Positions 1-10,671 of a stretch of DNA of 64,000 nucleotides are shown here, in pieces. The notes below the pieces were generated by a model, which was not told the origin of the DNA, did no database searches, and saw only the letters and a list, made by a program, of their open reading frames with translations. Source of the stretch: an uncultured Gammaproteobacteria bacterium (GTDB lineage Bacteria; Patescibacteriota; Microgenomatia; UBA10105; UBA927); NCBI GenBank assembly GCA_964349125.1, contig CAYGFH010000006.1, positions 11,121 to 75,120 of the forward strand, in the 5' to 3' direction. How positions within the stretch are numbered: the stretch's first letter is position 1; the number at the start of each line of letters is the position of its first letter. A program made the position numbers and the translations under genes.

Positions 1-1040
1 GGGGAACCAAGCGCCTGAGATGCTCCCTTGCGGATTGGAGACTTGTTTACCCGCGCGTAATCATATGAGAGCGTTGTGACGACATAGTCATATATCTCAC
101 GAGGCGTTTTGAGTCTGGTGGCAAGTTCTCTGATTTTTTCGTCTTCCACTTCCCAATACTTCATGGGTCTCGTGTATACCGATGCATCTATATCATTGCG
201 TGTGAATTCATCACGAGGGTGAAGCGAAATACTGATAGAGAGCACTGCCTGAATAGTGATTTTTTGTGATCCTCCGAGTTCATACTGTGCCAGCCAGTTG
301 CCGTCATCATCAGTCAACACTGTCTTTGGTTTCGGATCCAGAGAGATAAGGGAGACTTTTTGGTATGCGGTATCAGGGGGAAGCGCAATTTCCATTGTTT
401 TTCCCGTCACTGCTGGGTTATCCAAATAGTACGAAAGCTTCACATCGAACTGTTGTGTCTGGCCGTAGGCAGCGCTGATACCTCCTTTTACCATCTGCTC
501 TTTTGTCCACTTGTTACCCGCAGCTGGGGGTGGAGACATATATGCGTTCGGCCCGAATGTGGGAGGAACGGACAAAGAAACCGAGTAATCGGAAAGATCA
601 GCTCCATTTGCCACTCCCGGTATATTTATCTCCCATATCCCGCCATTTTGTTGGGCGATATCCGTATTTTCATAACGTAGGGAAAATCGTAGTGACTTAC
701 CAAGTCCTGCTACTTTTTCGTTAAATTGCAGTACGATGATTGTTTTACCATCGCTCTGGGTAATTTGTGGTTTGATAATCCCGCCATTGTCATAGGCTAT
801 TACATTTTTAATGTGCACCGAATCGATGATTATCGAATACTTTTGCGGGTATAGATTTGTGAGTTTGTTGGTCAGTGTGACAGTCTGGGTAACTATGGTT
901 ACGCCGCTGGGAGCGACCGCATACTGCACGTCATAATTCTCCATAAACTCACCGGCCGCGAGGACACGTGGAGCTAAAAAAAGCCCCGACAGCAGAGACA
1001 AGAACACGAACAATGACGTCGCTGTATGAAAGAATCTCAT
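1..1040 (-). CDS. secreted/cell-surface protein, partial (N-terminal part in window, continues beyond window start)
   Basis: Manual minus-strand translation from ATG at 1038-1040: MRFFHTATSLFVFLSLLSGLFLAPRVLAAGEF..., a signal-peptide-like hydrophobic N-terminus followed by beta-rich Thr/Val/Gln sequence. No in-frame stop down to position 1, so the ORF is open-ended and therefore absent from the supplied track. The plus-strand ORFs 360-680 and 503-724 are antisense artefacts of it. Confidence 0.55.
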   Translation of the reverse strand, partial: MRFFHTATSLFVFLSLLSGLFLAPRVLAAGEFMENYDVQYAVAPSGVTIVTQTVTLTNKLTNLYPQKYSIIIDSVHIKNVIAYDNGGIIKPQITQSDGKTIIVLQFNEKVAGLGKSLRFSLRYENTDIAQQNGGIWEINIPGVANGADLSDYSVSLSVPPTFGPNAYMSPPPAAGNKWTKEQMVKGGISAAYGQTQQFDVKLSYYLDNPAVTGKTMEIALPPDTAYQKVSLISLDPKPKTVLTDDDGNWLAQYELGGSQKITIQAVLSISISLHPRDEFTRNDIDASVYTRPMKYWEVEDEKIRELATRLKTPREIYDYVVTTLSYDYARVNKSPIRKGASQALGS

Positions 1041-1071
1041 TGTAATACGATACGCGGATGACGTGATGCTG

Positions 1072-4026
1072 TTATTTTAATATGTTTTTAAGGAATTGTC
1101 CTGTCGAGGAATTAGCAATTTTAGCGATATCCACCGGTGTTCCCGTAGCAATAACTCTCCCACCGCCATCTCCACCCTCCGGTCCCATATCTATGATCCA
1201 ATCAGCATTTTTGATGATATCGAGATTGTGTTCGATCACCACAACTGTGTTTCCCAACACAGTGAGTTTATGGAGGACATGAAGCAGTTTTTCCAAGTCA
1301 GCAAAATGAAGTCCCGTCGTTGGTTCATCAAGTATGTACATGGTATGTCCGGTTTGACGTCTGTGTAATTCAGTAGCAAGTTTCACACGCTGGGCTTCGC
1401 CTCCCGAAAGTGTTGTTGCCGGTTGTCCCAGATGCATATAGGATAATCCGACTTCTTTTATAACCGCTAATTTCTCTGACAAGAGCGGATGATGGCTAAA
1501 AAATGACACCGCTTCCTCGACGGTCATGTTGAGCACCTGGGCAATGTTTTTATCCCTATAGAGTACTTCAAGTGTTTCCGCATTATACCTGGATCCATGA
1601 CACACTTCGCATGTCACATACACATCGGACAAAAACTGCATCTCAATTTTTCGCTGTCCTTCCCCTTCGCACGCTTCGCACCGTCCGCCTTTGACGTTAA
1701 ATGAAAATCGTCCTGATTTATACCCCCGTGTGCGAGCTTCTGATGTCAGGGCGAACAAATCCCGGATCTGGGAAAATATACCGGTATAGGTGGCAGGATT
1801 GCTGCGGGGTGTTCTGCCTATAGGAGATTGATCTATAAGGATCGTCTTATCTATCTTTTCTGTGTTTTCAATGGAGTCATGAGCTCCAGGTCGTTCTTTC
1901 ACCAATGGATTAACCTTTTGTGCCAGAGCGCGGTAAAATGTCTCTACTATCAGCGTGGACTTCCCTGAACCGGATACTCCGGTGATACAGATAAATTTTC
2001 CGAGCGGGAATGTGACATCAATATGCTTCAGATTGTTTTCGCTGGCTCCGCGCAGTATTACGCTCCCTTTGTCCTCATCCTGTTTTACAGTGACTGAAGG
2101 ACGGTTTATCTTCTTTTTTTCCGTAATGTACGGACCGGTAATTGAGTGCTTGTTTGCCAACACTTCAGCGAGTGTTCCCTGGGCGATAATATTGCCGCCG
2201 TGCTCACCTGCGCCAGGACCAAAATCGACCAGATAATCAGATTCTTCCATCATCTCTTTATCATGCTCAACAACGATCACTGAGTTACCCAAATCTCGCA
2301 GTGCATGCAATGTTTTGATCAATTTCGTATTATCTCTCGGATGAAGCCCAATTGATGGCTCATCAAGCACGTACAGCACTCCTGACAATCCGGATCCTAT
2401 TTGAGATGCCAGCCGTATGCGCTGCGCTTCCCCTCCTGCCAGTGTTGCGGCGCTGCGGCCGAGTGAGAGATATTCAAGACCGACGCGCTCTAAAAATGTA
2501 AGCCGTGAGATAATTTCTTTTATAATCGGTTTTGACACCTGCTGTTCCTGAAAATTTGTAAGTGCACGATCTCCGGACTCCAGACTTTTCACCCAGACAA
2601 TGGCATCTGAGATAGACAGATCGGTGACATCAGCAATAGAGAACTTGTCTATCGTAACGGTAAGCGTATCCTTTTTCAGCCGTTTTCCATTGCAGGAGGG
2701 ACATGTCTCGCGGCGCATGTACTTCTCTATCTCGCCTCGCACGAACTCAGATTCAGTCTCAGATAATCGCTTTTTGAGTTCAGGAACAATGCCGATAAAT
2801 TGCTCTTCAATGGTGGTTTTTGCCCCGAACCGGTTTGTTCCTTCAACCCTATACTGTTTATCCCCTGTGCCATACAAAAGCACTTTCTTTTGTGCCTCGG
2901 TCATCTTATTGAGTGGTGCTCTCGGATTAATGCCATGATCTTCGGCAACCTTCATAACGACACGGGAGTACCAGGTGTCGTGCATGAATGTTCTGGCAAA
3001 TGGCAATATACCACCCTCAGTCATGGATAATTCTGGAGAGATAATAAGCTGTGCATCCACAGTGAGTACGGTACCGATACCACTACATTCCTCGCACGCA
3101 CCATGCGGAGAGTTAAACGAGAAAGAGCGTGGTTCAATTTCAGGAAGTGAGATATTACACACGGGACAGGCAAATTTTTCCGAAAATATGTGCTCGGATA
3201 ACTCTTTTGGTTTTTCTGGGAATACAAATCCCGCATCATTGACGACAACTCCTGTGACCAATCCATCCGACAGTGTCAGAGCCTGCTCAACGCTGTCGGC
3301 AACACGGGATCGCAGTTGGGTATACGGATCAGATGTCTCGGCTTTTCCGGTAAGTTTTTTCAGTTGCAATGCGTCTATGGTAAACCTGTCGATCACGGCA
3401 TCGACTGTGTGTTTATTTGTTTTAATAAGACCGATATCTTCATTTATGCCAAAAAAGTATCCGTCTACGCGTACCTGCCTATAGCCCTTTGTCCTAATAT
3501 TATCAAACAAATGTACAAACTCTCCTTTACGGTCTCTCACAATCGGAGACAGGATAAGCATCCGTACCATCTTTTTTCCGGAAGACAGTTCTGCTCGAGC
3601 CAATTCGAGTAATTGGTCTACTATCTGCTGCGGGGAGAGTCTGCTGACTTCACGTCCACAGATTGAACAATGAGGATGACCTACCCGAGCAAATAATAAC
3701 CTGAGATAATCATAGATTTCTGTAACTGTACCGACTGTCGATCTGGGGTTGTGTGATGTGGATTTCTGATCAATGGAAATACTGGGAGACAGCCCTTCGA
3801 TACTGTCCACATCTGGTTTATCCATAATGCCCAAAAATTGGCGCGCATACGAGGAAAGGGATTCGACATATCTTCGTTGTCCCTCAGCATATATCGTGTC
3901 AAATGCGAGAGATGATTTTCCGGAACCTGACACACCGGTAAATACCACCAGCTTATTTTTCGGCAATTCAAGCGAAATATTCTTCAGATTATGTTGTCTG
4001 GCACCTTTGATGATTAATGTATCCAT
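1072..4026 (-). CDS. uvrA: excinuclease ABC subunit A (UvrA)
   Basis: 984 aa. N-terminal [53 protein letters not shown] is the UvrA signature. It has two ABC ATPase modules (second Walker [11 protein letters not shown]) and zinc-finger cysteines (CPVC, CEAC). Confidence 0.95.
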   Translation of the reverse strand: MDTLIIKGARQHNLKNISLELPKNKLVVFTGVSGSGKSSLAFDTIYAEGQRRYVESLSSYARQFLGIMDKPDVDSIEGLSPSISIDQKSTSHNPRSTVGTVTEIYDYLRLLFARVGHPHCSICGREVSRLSPQQIVDQLLELARAELSSGKKMVRMLILSPIVRDRKGEFVHLFDNIRTKGYRQVRVDGYFFGINEDIGLIKTNKHTVDAVIDRFTIDALQLKKLTGKAETSDPYTQLRSRVADSVEQALTLSDGLVTGVVVNDAGFVFPEKPKELSEHIFSEKFACPVCNISLPEIEPRSFSFNSPHGACEECSGIGTVLTVDAQLIISPELSMTEGGILPFARTFMHDTWYSRVVMKVAEDHGINPRAPLNKMTEAQKKVLLYGTGDKQYRVEGTNRFGAKTTIEEQFIGIVPELKKRLSETESEFVRGEIEKYMRRETCPSCNGKRLKKDTLTVTIDKFSIADVTDLSISDAIVWVKSLESGDRALTNFQEQQVSKPIIKEIISRLTFLERVGLEYLSLGRSAATLAGGEAQRIRLASQIGSGLSGVLYVLDEPSIGLHPRDNTKLIKTLHALRDLGNSVIVVEHDKEMMEESDYLVDFGPGAGEHGGNIIAQGTLAEVLANKHSITGPYITEKKKINRPSVTVKQDEDKGSVILRGASENNLKHIDVTFPLGKFICITGVSGSGKSTLIVETFYRALAQKVNPLVKERPGAHDSIENTEKIDKTILIDQSPIGRTPRSNPATYTGIFSQIRDLFALTSEARTRGYKSGRFSFNVKGGRCEACEGEGQRKIEMQFLSDVYVTCEVCHGSRYNAETLEVLYRDKNIAQVLNMTVEEAVSFFSHHPLLSEKLAVIKEVGLSYMHLGQPATTLSGGEAQRVKLATELHRRQTGHTMYILDEPTTGLHFADLEKLLHVLHKLTVLGNTVVVIEHNLDIIKNADWIIDMGPEGGDGGGRVIATGTPVDIAKIANSSTGQFLKNILK

Positions 4027-4082
4027 AATAAACGCGAAAAACGCCCTCGGATGGTCCCGGGGCCATGGACATTATACCATGG

Positions 4083-6092
4083 CTATTTTGTAATCTTTGC
4101 AATATAGTCACGAATCTGTGCTGCAAGTTCGAAATCCAAATCTCGTCCTGCAGTCTTCATTTCACGGGTAAGAGTCTCAACAAATTTCTTCTTGTCTGAT
4201 GGCGTCATGCCATCGACGTGCTCCTGGTCGATTCCCAAGAGGTCAGAAACACGCGTTTCCTGCACCACTTCCCCCGGGTCGTGGTCAGTAAGCCTGTCAC
4301 GAATCGGTTTTTGAATGCTCGTAGGGGTAATACCATGTTTTGCGTTGTATGCAAGCTGAAATTCTCTCCGCCTTGTCACCTCAGCTATGGCGAATTTTAT
4401 GGAGTCAGTTTGCCGATCCGCATATAAAATAACTTTTCCCTCCTGATGCCTGGCAGCCCGACCCATGGTTTGTACCAAACTGGTGCGACTTCGTAAAAAT
4501 CCTTCTTTATCCGCATCGAGAATCGCGACAAGAGACACCTCAGGCAGATCCAAGCCTTCACGAAGTAGGTTGACTCCAACCACAACATCGTACATACCAC
4601 GCCTGAGATCGGCGAGTCTCTCCGTCCGCTCGAGTGTTTCTACATCTGAATGGAGGTACTGCACTTTGATGCTGTGCCCCATCAGATAGTCTGTCAGATC
4701 TTCCGCCATCTGTTTGGTCAATGTAGTCACGAGCACCCGCTCATGACGCGCGACACGAAGTTCAATTTCTTTATATAAATCGTCGATTTGCCCTTTGATC
4801 GGACGCACATCGACGAGAGGGTCTACCAATCCTGTGGGCCGAACAAGTTGTTCCACGACTTTACCCCGAGACAACTCGTAGTCGGCCGGTGTTGCAGATA
4901 CATAAATCGTCTGAGGCTGGACGCGCTCGAATTCTTCACTGCGCATGGGGCGGTTATCCAGTGCACTTGGGAGCCTGAATCCGTAATCAATAAGTGTTTG
5001 TTTACGGCTCCTGTCTCCGTTATACATACCGCGAATCTGCGGAACACTCATATGGGATTCATCAATTACCATGAGCCAATTGTCACCGGATGCGGCTTTA
5101 AAGTAATCCATCAGGGTAAATGGCGGATCTCCTGGTTTTCTGCCATCAAAATACCGTGAATAATTTTCGATGCCGTTTACATATCCCATTTCCTGGATCA
5201 TTTCCAAATCATATGTGACACGCTGTTGTATTCTCTGTGCCTCGATAAGTTTGTTTTGCTTTTTGAATTTTTTCACCTGGAGATCACGGTCTTTTTCTAT
5301 TTCTTGAAATACTTCCTTGTGTTCTTTGGGATCAGTCATGAAGTGCTTTGCAGGGTAAATAACAGTACCGGGCATTTCCGAGATAGTCTTTCCGGTTAAT
5401 GGGTCAATCTCAGAAAGTTCACGCACCAGGGTCCCCTCCATAACGATGCGGATAGAGGTATCTTTGTACGCTGGGAAGACGTCTATACTGTCACCACGCA
5501 CACGGAATGTACTGCGATGAAACCCGAAATCATTGCGCTCATACTGCATTTGGATAAGTCTCGCAAAAATACTCTCGCGGGAAAGATGCATACCGGTTTT
5601 AAGCTCCAATACGAAATTTCCGTATTCTTTGGGTGATCCGATGTTATATATACACGAAACGGAGGCAACGACAATCGTGTCACTTCGCGTCAGAATATTT
5701 GTGGTAGCGGCTAATCGCAATTTATCTATTTCATCATTTATCTGTGTTTCCTTTTCTATAAATGTATCGGTATGAGGGATATACGCTTCCGGCTGGTAAT
5801 AATCGTAGTAGGAAACGTAGTATGATACCGCATTGTTTGGAAAAAAATCACGAAATTCCTGATAGAGTTGTGCTGCGAGTGTCTTATTGTGGGAGATAAT
5901 GAGTGTTGGCCTCTGGATCTTTTGGATCACATTGGCGATTGTGTATGTCTTACCGCTTCCCGTCACACCCAACAGCACCTGCTCGTGCTCTCCTTTTTCG
6001 AGGTTAGAGCATAGAGCACTGATGGCCTCCGGCTGGTCACCCGTCGGTTTAAAATCGGCTTTGAGTTCAAAAGGATGAGTTGTATGTGTCAT
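4083..6092 (-). CDS. uvrB: excinuclease ABC subunit B (UvrB)
   Basis: 669 aa. It carries the helicase Walker A GVTGSGKT, the UvrB-typical [14 protein letters not shown] segment, and a C-terminal UvrA/UvrC-interaction coiled coil. It sits immediately upstream of uvrA on the same strand, so it is probably a uvrBA operon. Confidence 0.95.
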   Translation of the reverse strand: MTHTTHPFELKADFKPTGDQPEAISALCSNLEKGEHEQVLLGVTGSGKTYTIANVIQKIQRPTLIISHNKTLAAQLYQEFRDFFPNNAVSYYVSYYDYYQPEAYIPHTDTFIEKETQINDEIDKLRLAATTNILTRSDTIVVASVSCIYNIGSPKEYGNFVLELKTGMHLSRESIFARLIQMQYERNDFGFHRSTFRVRGDSIDVFPAYKDTSIRIVMEGTLVRELSEIDPLTGKTISEMPGTVIYPAKHFMTDPKEHKEVFQEIEKDRDLQVKKFKKQNKLIEAQRIQQRVTYDLEMIQEMGYVNGIENYSRYFDGRKPGDPPFTLMDYFKAASGDNWLMVIDESHMSVPQIRGMYNGDRSRKQTLIDYGFRLPSALDNRPMRSEEFERVQPQTIYVSATPADYELSRGKVVEQLVRPTGLVDPLVDVRPIKGQIDDLYKEIELRVARHERVLVTTLTKQMAEDLTDYLMGHSIKVQYLHSDVETLERTERLADLRRGMYDVVVGVNLLREGLDLPEVSLVAILDADKEGFLRSRTSLVQTMGRAARHQEGKVILYADRQTDSIKFAIAEVTRRREFQLAYNAKHGITPTSIQKPIRDRLTDHDPGEVVQETRVSDLLGIDQEHVDGMTPSDKKKFVETLTREMKTAGRDLDFELAAQIRDYIAKITK

Positions 6093-6124
6093 AGGAATAT
6101 AGCCTATTTTTATCTTACCTGTTC

Positions 6125-6190
6125 ATTCGGTTTTTATCAAATTTGAACGGTTTATATCTAGTTTGATCGGATTGACTGTTCGGTTTATAT
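6125..6190. promoter_or_regulatory. triple direct repeat (T/A)(T/A)CGGTTT(T)ATAT in the lexA / uvrBA divergent intergenic region; candidate operator
   Basis: Copies at 6125-6137 (ttcggtttttatc), 6146-6158 (aacggtttatatc) and 6178-6190 (ttcggtttatatt). An additional inverted repeat CGGGT-N6-ACCCG lies at 6223-6238, next to the lexA RBS GGAGG (6247-6251). The region lies between the divergent starts of uvrB (6092) and lexA (6257). Confidence 0.35.
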
Positions 6191-6256
6191 TTGCGATAGT
6201 ACAAATAATCATATCATAGTTTCGGGTAATATCACCCGTATATTTGGAGGATCACT

Positions 6257-6880
6257 ATGCCAGCAGTAGTCTATAATAAAGAGCGCCAGATACTTGAGTT
6301 TATCACACAATTTGTGCAGCGTTATGGCTACGCACCTACCCTCAAGGAAATAGGCGGAGCTTTGGGCATGCACTCTGTGGCAACCGTCCATGAACATCTT
6401 GATCGCCTCAGGATAAAAGGGTTTATCAAAAAGCTGGATGGCACCGCACGCGGTATAGAAGTAGTCACAGAAAAATTCAAATCCGGTAACAGTGGTACCT
6501 CAATAGAACTGCCTGTTCTGGGTTTTATTGCTGCTGGGTCTCCACTTGAGCCGTACACGGATCCCAATTTTTATATGTCTGTAGCCCCCGGCATGATTTC
6601 ATCAAATAAACCCAGCTATATTTTGCAGGTAAAGGGTACCTCCATGATCGATGATGGTATATTTGACGGTGACTTTGTCATAATCCAACACCAACAGGAC
6701 GCACAAAACGGGGACATTGTTGTTGCACTCTTGCCGAACGGACTCGCGACCCTGAAGAGAATTTATTTTGAAAAGGAGCGAATCAAGCTCATGCCCGCAA
6801 ACGCCACAATGTCACCGATTTTTACCACGCATGTGAAAATCCAGGGCAAATGTGTCGGTCTAATCCGCAAGTTCGTCTAA
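6257..6880 (+). CDS. lexA: LexA repressor (S24 peptidase family)
   Basis: 207 aa. It has an N-terminal winged-HTH (YAPTLKEIGGALGMHSVATVHEHLDRL) and a C-terminal S24 autoprotease domain (GTSMIDDGIFDGDFVII...DIVVAL). The RBS GGAGG is 6 nt upstream. It is divergent from uvrB. Confidence 0.85.
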   Translation: MPAVVYNKERQILEFITQFVQRYGYAPTLKEIGGALGMHSVATVHEHLDRLRIKGFIKKLDGTARGIEVVTEKFKSGNSGTSIELPVLGFIAAGSPLEPYTDPNFYMSVAPGMISSNKPSYILQVKGTSMIDDGIFDGDFVIIQHQQDAQNGDIVVALLPNGLATLKRIYFEKERIKLMPANATMSPIFTTHVKIQGKCVGLIRKFV

Positions 6881-6908
6881 TACTGGGTGAGTGTGATACA
6901 GTACACCT

Positions 6909-7637
6909 ATGAGGAAACTCTCTCTTGTCGCTACACCTATCGGGAACTTAGAAGACATCACAATTCGCGCTATAAAAACGCTATTTTCCGCAGACAGTAT
7001 CCTGTGTGAGGACACCCGGCGTGGGGGATTTCTGCTCCATGAACTGAATTCCAGGTATGGAGAACTCTTTGACCAGAATCCGAATTGGAAACCGTCGTTT
7101 ATCCCCTACTACGACGAAATTGAAGAAAAGAAACTTCCGGAACTAATCGGAATGCTGCAAGAGGGAAAGCATCTGGCTTTGATTAGTGATGCAGGAACAC
7201 CACTCATCAGTGATCCGGGGTATAGGCTGGTGCGTGAGTGTATGAAGCGCGATATTTTAGTGGAGAGTATACCGGGGGCATCTGCTGTAATGGCTGCGCT
7301 GACCTCGTCAGGGCTCCCAACATCATCGTTTCAATTTTTCGGGTATCCGCATGAAAAACAGGCTAAACGCATTAAACATTTTGAATCCTTGTTTCAATGT
7401 TTTAAAACATCAGAACACCCTGCGACAAATATTTATTATGTCGCTCCGCATAAATTACTTCAGACTCTCGAAGATATCAGGACTGTGTTTGGAGATATAG
7501 ACATTGTGTTGGCACGCGAACTTACCAAAGTGCATGAGCAGGTTTGGAAAGGTAACTCCTCAAAAGCGATTTCCGAATTTGCAGACCCGAAGGGTGAGTT
7601 CGTGCTACTGTTCGCGCTCGGGAAACCCAAAGAGTAA
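6909..7637 (+). CDS. rsmI: 16S rRNA (cytidine1402-2'-O)-methyltransferase RsmI (tetrapyrrole methylase fold)
   Basis: 242 aa. It begins MRKLSLVATPIGNLEDITIRAIKTLFSADSILCEDTRR, typical of RsmI/YraL. Confidence 0.85.
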   Translation: MRKLSLVATPIGNLEDITIRAIKTLFSADSILCEDTRRGGFLLHELNSRYGELFDQNPNWKPSFIPYYDEIEEKKLPELIGMLQEGKHLALISDAGTPLISDPGYRLVRECMKRDILVESIPGASAVMAALTSSGLPTSSFQFFGYPHEKQAKRIKHFESLFQCFKTSEHPATNIYYVAPHKLLQTLEDIRTVFGDIDIVLARELTKVHEQVWKGNSSKAISEFADPKGEFVLLFALGKPKE

Positions 7638-8810
7638 TTATAGGAGATAGACAAACCTGTGGATTTGCGGGAATACGTATTCATCAACATGAAAGTATCC
7701 TCTGGAAATCCCCGCAACTGTAAATTTTGTAAAAGGATTTGTATCACCCCGCTGCTTGACCAATGCATGAATTTTACCATGTCTCCCACCGTATGCACTC
7801 AAAACGCGGTACCCCATTCGTGTAAGCGTGGTATCAATCTCCGAGCGGTAGGGTGTACTGCTCGGATGGGCATAGAGCTCTGTAGAAATGTTCTCGATAT
7901 CAGGTGAATTTTGTGTTTCACCACTTTTGTATATGAAGGGGGTTTGAGGGATAAGCCGCAACAGCTTCTTGTTAGCTGCGAGCCATTGATGAGTGTCCTT
8001 TGATAATTTTCGCCTGTATCCATACTCAAGTGACTCCTGATAATATCCACTTACAAATGTGGTCATAGGCAGATCTACGGAAGAGTGGCTCGTCCCGGTA
8101 AGCAATATGCCAGAAACAGGAAGCAGATCCCATGCTTGCCTGAATACTTCAAACGGATCATATATAACATCTTCCACATTAATCATTGCTATCACATCAG
8201 GTCGCTTAAAATAACCTGATTTATATAGTTCGGTCAGGTGATGCGCATCTGCCTGGATATAGGTGGTACCGGGATGTTTATTGCCGAATCCCCTGTGATA
8301 TCTGTCGGACCATCTGCGGGTAAGATCCAAATCAATGACCGTTGGCCTAAATTGTAATGAATTTAAAGCGGCCATGCTCTGCAATTCTCTTCCCCATGAC
8401 CCCTCCTGTCCACCAATTTCAAGAAAGTGCACATCTGGTTTTTTTGATACCTCTTTGATTATCGATACGACATCCCGATTAAGTCGCTGCGACTCATCAT
8501 GTACTGAGTACTCAAACGGATAGGCAATCCCATTGGCTTTCATACCAGGAAAATCCATAGATTCTATGGCAGCAAGAGATCCCGCTAGATTAAATGCGTG
8601 CAGATAGGAGTAAGCATGCGCTGGTATAATAATTTGGGAGGATTCAGGCTGTCTGAGCGAATCGTCCTGTGACACTGAATATGTAGCACTATATTCCGGT
8701 CCTCTGGGAAACTCATACCCGAAAACACCTGGAGGACGTATCACCTGGATATTTGCAGAATTTGTAAACCGATCACCTCTCGCCGCAAATGGCTTTGCCC
8801 TCTCATGCAT
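7638..8810 (-). CDS. hypothetical protein with class I SAM-methyltransferase-like core and an N-terminal extension
   Basis: 390 aa. Methyltransferase-like motifs are present: FLEIGGQEGSWG (motif I-like), PTVIDLD, PDVIAMINVEDV, LLPVSGILL. The first ~125 aa do not resemble anything I recognise. It is convergent with rsmI with a 0-bp gap. Confidence 0.35.
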   Translation of the reverse strand: MHERAKPFAARGDRFTNSANIQVIRPPGVFGYEFPRGPEYSATYSVSQDDSLRQPESSQIIIPAHAYSYLHAFNLAGSLAAIESMDFPGMKANGIAYPFEYSVHDESQRLNRDVVSIIKEVSKKPDVHFLEIGGQEGSWGRELQSMAALNSLQFRPTVIDLDLTRRWSDRYHRGFGNKHPGTTYIQADAHHLTELYKSGYFKRPDVIAMINVEDVIYDPFEVFRQAWDLLPVSGILLTGTSHSSVDLPMTTFVSGYYQESLEYGYRRKLSKDTHQWLAANKKLLRLIPQTPFIYKSGETQNSPDIENISTELYAHPSSTPYRSEIDTTLTRMGYRVLSAYGGRHGKIHALVKQRGDTNPFTKFTVAGISRGYFHVDEYVFPQIHRFVYLL

Positions 8811-8866
8811 ACCGCGGTAGTATACAGAAAATGAGCTCCGAATACAACTATAGGCTTAATTCAGGG

Positions 8867-10603
8867 CTAATACTCTTCAAGAGTGGATGTATCACCTATC
8901 GGTTGACCTAACTCTTTGGCCTTCAGTATCCGACGCATGATCTTACCGCTTCGGGTTTTCGGAAGTTTGTCGATAAACTCGATTTCCCGAGGATACGCAT
9001 GTCCAGCCAAGTGCTTTTTGACAAAGTCGCCAAGTTCTTTTTTGAGGGCATCCTGCTCGGCTACTTCGGTATACTTTTTGGGGTTTCGAAGCACTACGAA
9101 TGCTTTGATAATCTCTCCCCGAAGATCATCCGGTTTTCCGATGACGCCTGCTTCCACCACTTCCGGGTGCTCTACCAGTGCTGATTCCACTTCAAACGGG
9201 CCAACCCGCTCACCAGATGTTTTAATCACATCATCAGCACGGCCTATGAACCAATAATACCCGTCCTCATCTTTCCATGCATGGTCGCCGGAGATATACC
9301 ATCCGTTCACAAAATATGATTTGTATTTTTCCTCGTTATTCCAGACCGTACGCATCATACTCGGCCACCCTGGTCGAAACGCCAGGTTTCCCTCAGTTTT
9401 ATCCGGGAGCAGATTACCTGCATCGTCCACGATTCCGGCCTCCAGTCCAGGGAATGGTTTACCCATAGCACCTATTTTTATATCCAGTGATGGGAAATTG
9501 ACCATCATATGACCACCGGTTTCTGTCTGCCACCATGTGTCATGGAATGCCAACCCAAACGCGCTTTGCCCCCAACGGATAGCTTCAGGATTGAGTGGTT
9601 CTCCGACGCTGCACAAATGGCGAAGTGATGACAGGTTATGCGCCTTCACCAAATCATCACCTTTGGCCATAAGCATGCGGATAGCAGTCGGCGCGGTATA
9701 CCAAACCGTAACCTTGTACTTTTCCAGAATTGAATACCACACATCCGTATCAAATCGCCCTGCGTGCACAACCATGGTAACTCCGAGCATCCAGGGGGAA
9801 AGGATACCGTACACGATACCTGTCACCCAACCCGGATCCGCTGTACACCAATAGACATCATCGGGATGCAGATCTAATACCCATTTTGCCGTTATATATT
9901 CGTGTACGGCACCTCCATGGGCATGTACCACACCTTTTGGTTTGCCTGTCGTTCCTGATGTATAGAGCATAAATGAGTAATCATCTGGCATCGTGTGCAC
10001 ACAGCTGAATCTGTCAGATTGTTTCGCTATGCCACCCAAAAATTCGGGGCTGTCAACAATGACGATATGCTCCAATTTAGGGAGTTTATCTTTTGCCATA
10101 GAGAGCCGTGCAGCAAGTTCTTTTGTGGTAAAGAGCACCTTGGCTTCACTGTTACTCAATCTATCTACCAGTGCCTGTTCCTGGAATGCACTAAATAGGC
10201 TTCCGGCGATAGCACCTACCTTGAGTATTCCCAGAAATGCACCGTAGAGTACCGGAATGCGAGGCAAAAACAAAAATACCCGATCACCCTTTACGACACC
10301 CAATGATGTCAGATAATTCGCGTATTGATTGGAAAGTCGTGCCATGTCACCAAATGTGTAGTGCGCAGTAGCTCCACCATCACCTTCCCAGTGGAGTGCA
10401 GTTTTGCTTTCAATGGGTGTACCCAAATGTCGGTCAACTGCGTTATACGCGAGGTTAATGCCGCCATCATCAAAGTAAGTAAGTTCTGATTTTATAGCTT
10501 CCCAGGGGTTTGTTTGAGCTGCTGTAGAGTAGTCCGCCATGTTTGGCTGTACTCGAAGTGCACTGGTATCTTTTTTGATGAACTCGGCAGGTTGTACATC
10601 CAT
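8867..10603 (-). CDS. acs: AMP-forming acetyl-CoA synthetase / acyl-CoA ligase
   Basis: 578 aa. It has the AMP-binding signature YTSGTTGKPKGV, an Acs-like WWQTETGG motif and a C-terminal conserved lysine region (KTRSGKIMRR). Confidence 0.8.
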   Translation of the reverse strand: MDVQPAEFIKKDTSALRVQPNMADYSTAAQTNPWEAIKSELTYFDDGGINLAYNAVDRHLGTPIESKTALHWEGDGGATAHYTFGDMARLSNQYANYLTSLGVVKGDRVFLFLPRIPVLYGAFLGILKVGAIAGSLFSAFQEQALVDRLSNSEAKVLFTTKELAARLSMAKDKLPKLEHIVIVDSPEFLGGIAKQSDRFSCVHTMPDDYSFMLYTSGTTGKPKGVVHAHGGAVHEYITAKWVLDLHPDDVYWCTADPGWVTGIVYGILSPWMLGVTMVVHAGRFDTDVWYSILEKYKVTVWYTAPTAIRMLMAKGDDLVKAHNLSSLRHLCSVGEPLNPEAIRWGQSAFGLAFHDTWWQTETGGHMMVNFPSLDIKIGAMGKPFPGLEAGIVDDAGNLLPDKTEGNLAFRPGWPSMMRTVWNNEEKYKSYFVNGWYISGDHAWKDEDGYYWFIGRADDVIKTSGERVGPFEVESALVEHPEVVEAGVIGKPDDLRGEIIKAFVVLRNPKKYTEVAEQDALKKELGDFVKKHLAGHAYPREIEFIDKLPKTRSGKIMRRILKAKELGQPIGDTSTLEEY

Positions 10604-10671
10604 ATAAATCTCCTTTATGTAAGTATATTTTTAGCGTACCATGATGACTCTTTCGCACGCAATAGGGGTAA

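Noticed and set aside
360-724. Two plus-strand ORFs (360-680, 503-724)
   Set aside because: They lie antisense within the open-ended minus-strand secreted-protein gene that runs off the window start.
1082-4093. Many plus-strand ORFs of 60-170 aa inside uvrA (e.g. 2975-3484, 3316-3612, 2600-2938)
   Set aside because: They are antisense to an unambiguous, continuous UvrA reading frame. They are low-complexity Ser/Thr/Cys-rich translations typical of shadow ORFs. The same logic applies to antisense ORFs within uvrB, acs, ppsA, the RND gene, etc.
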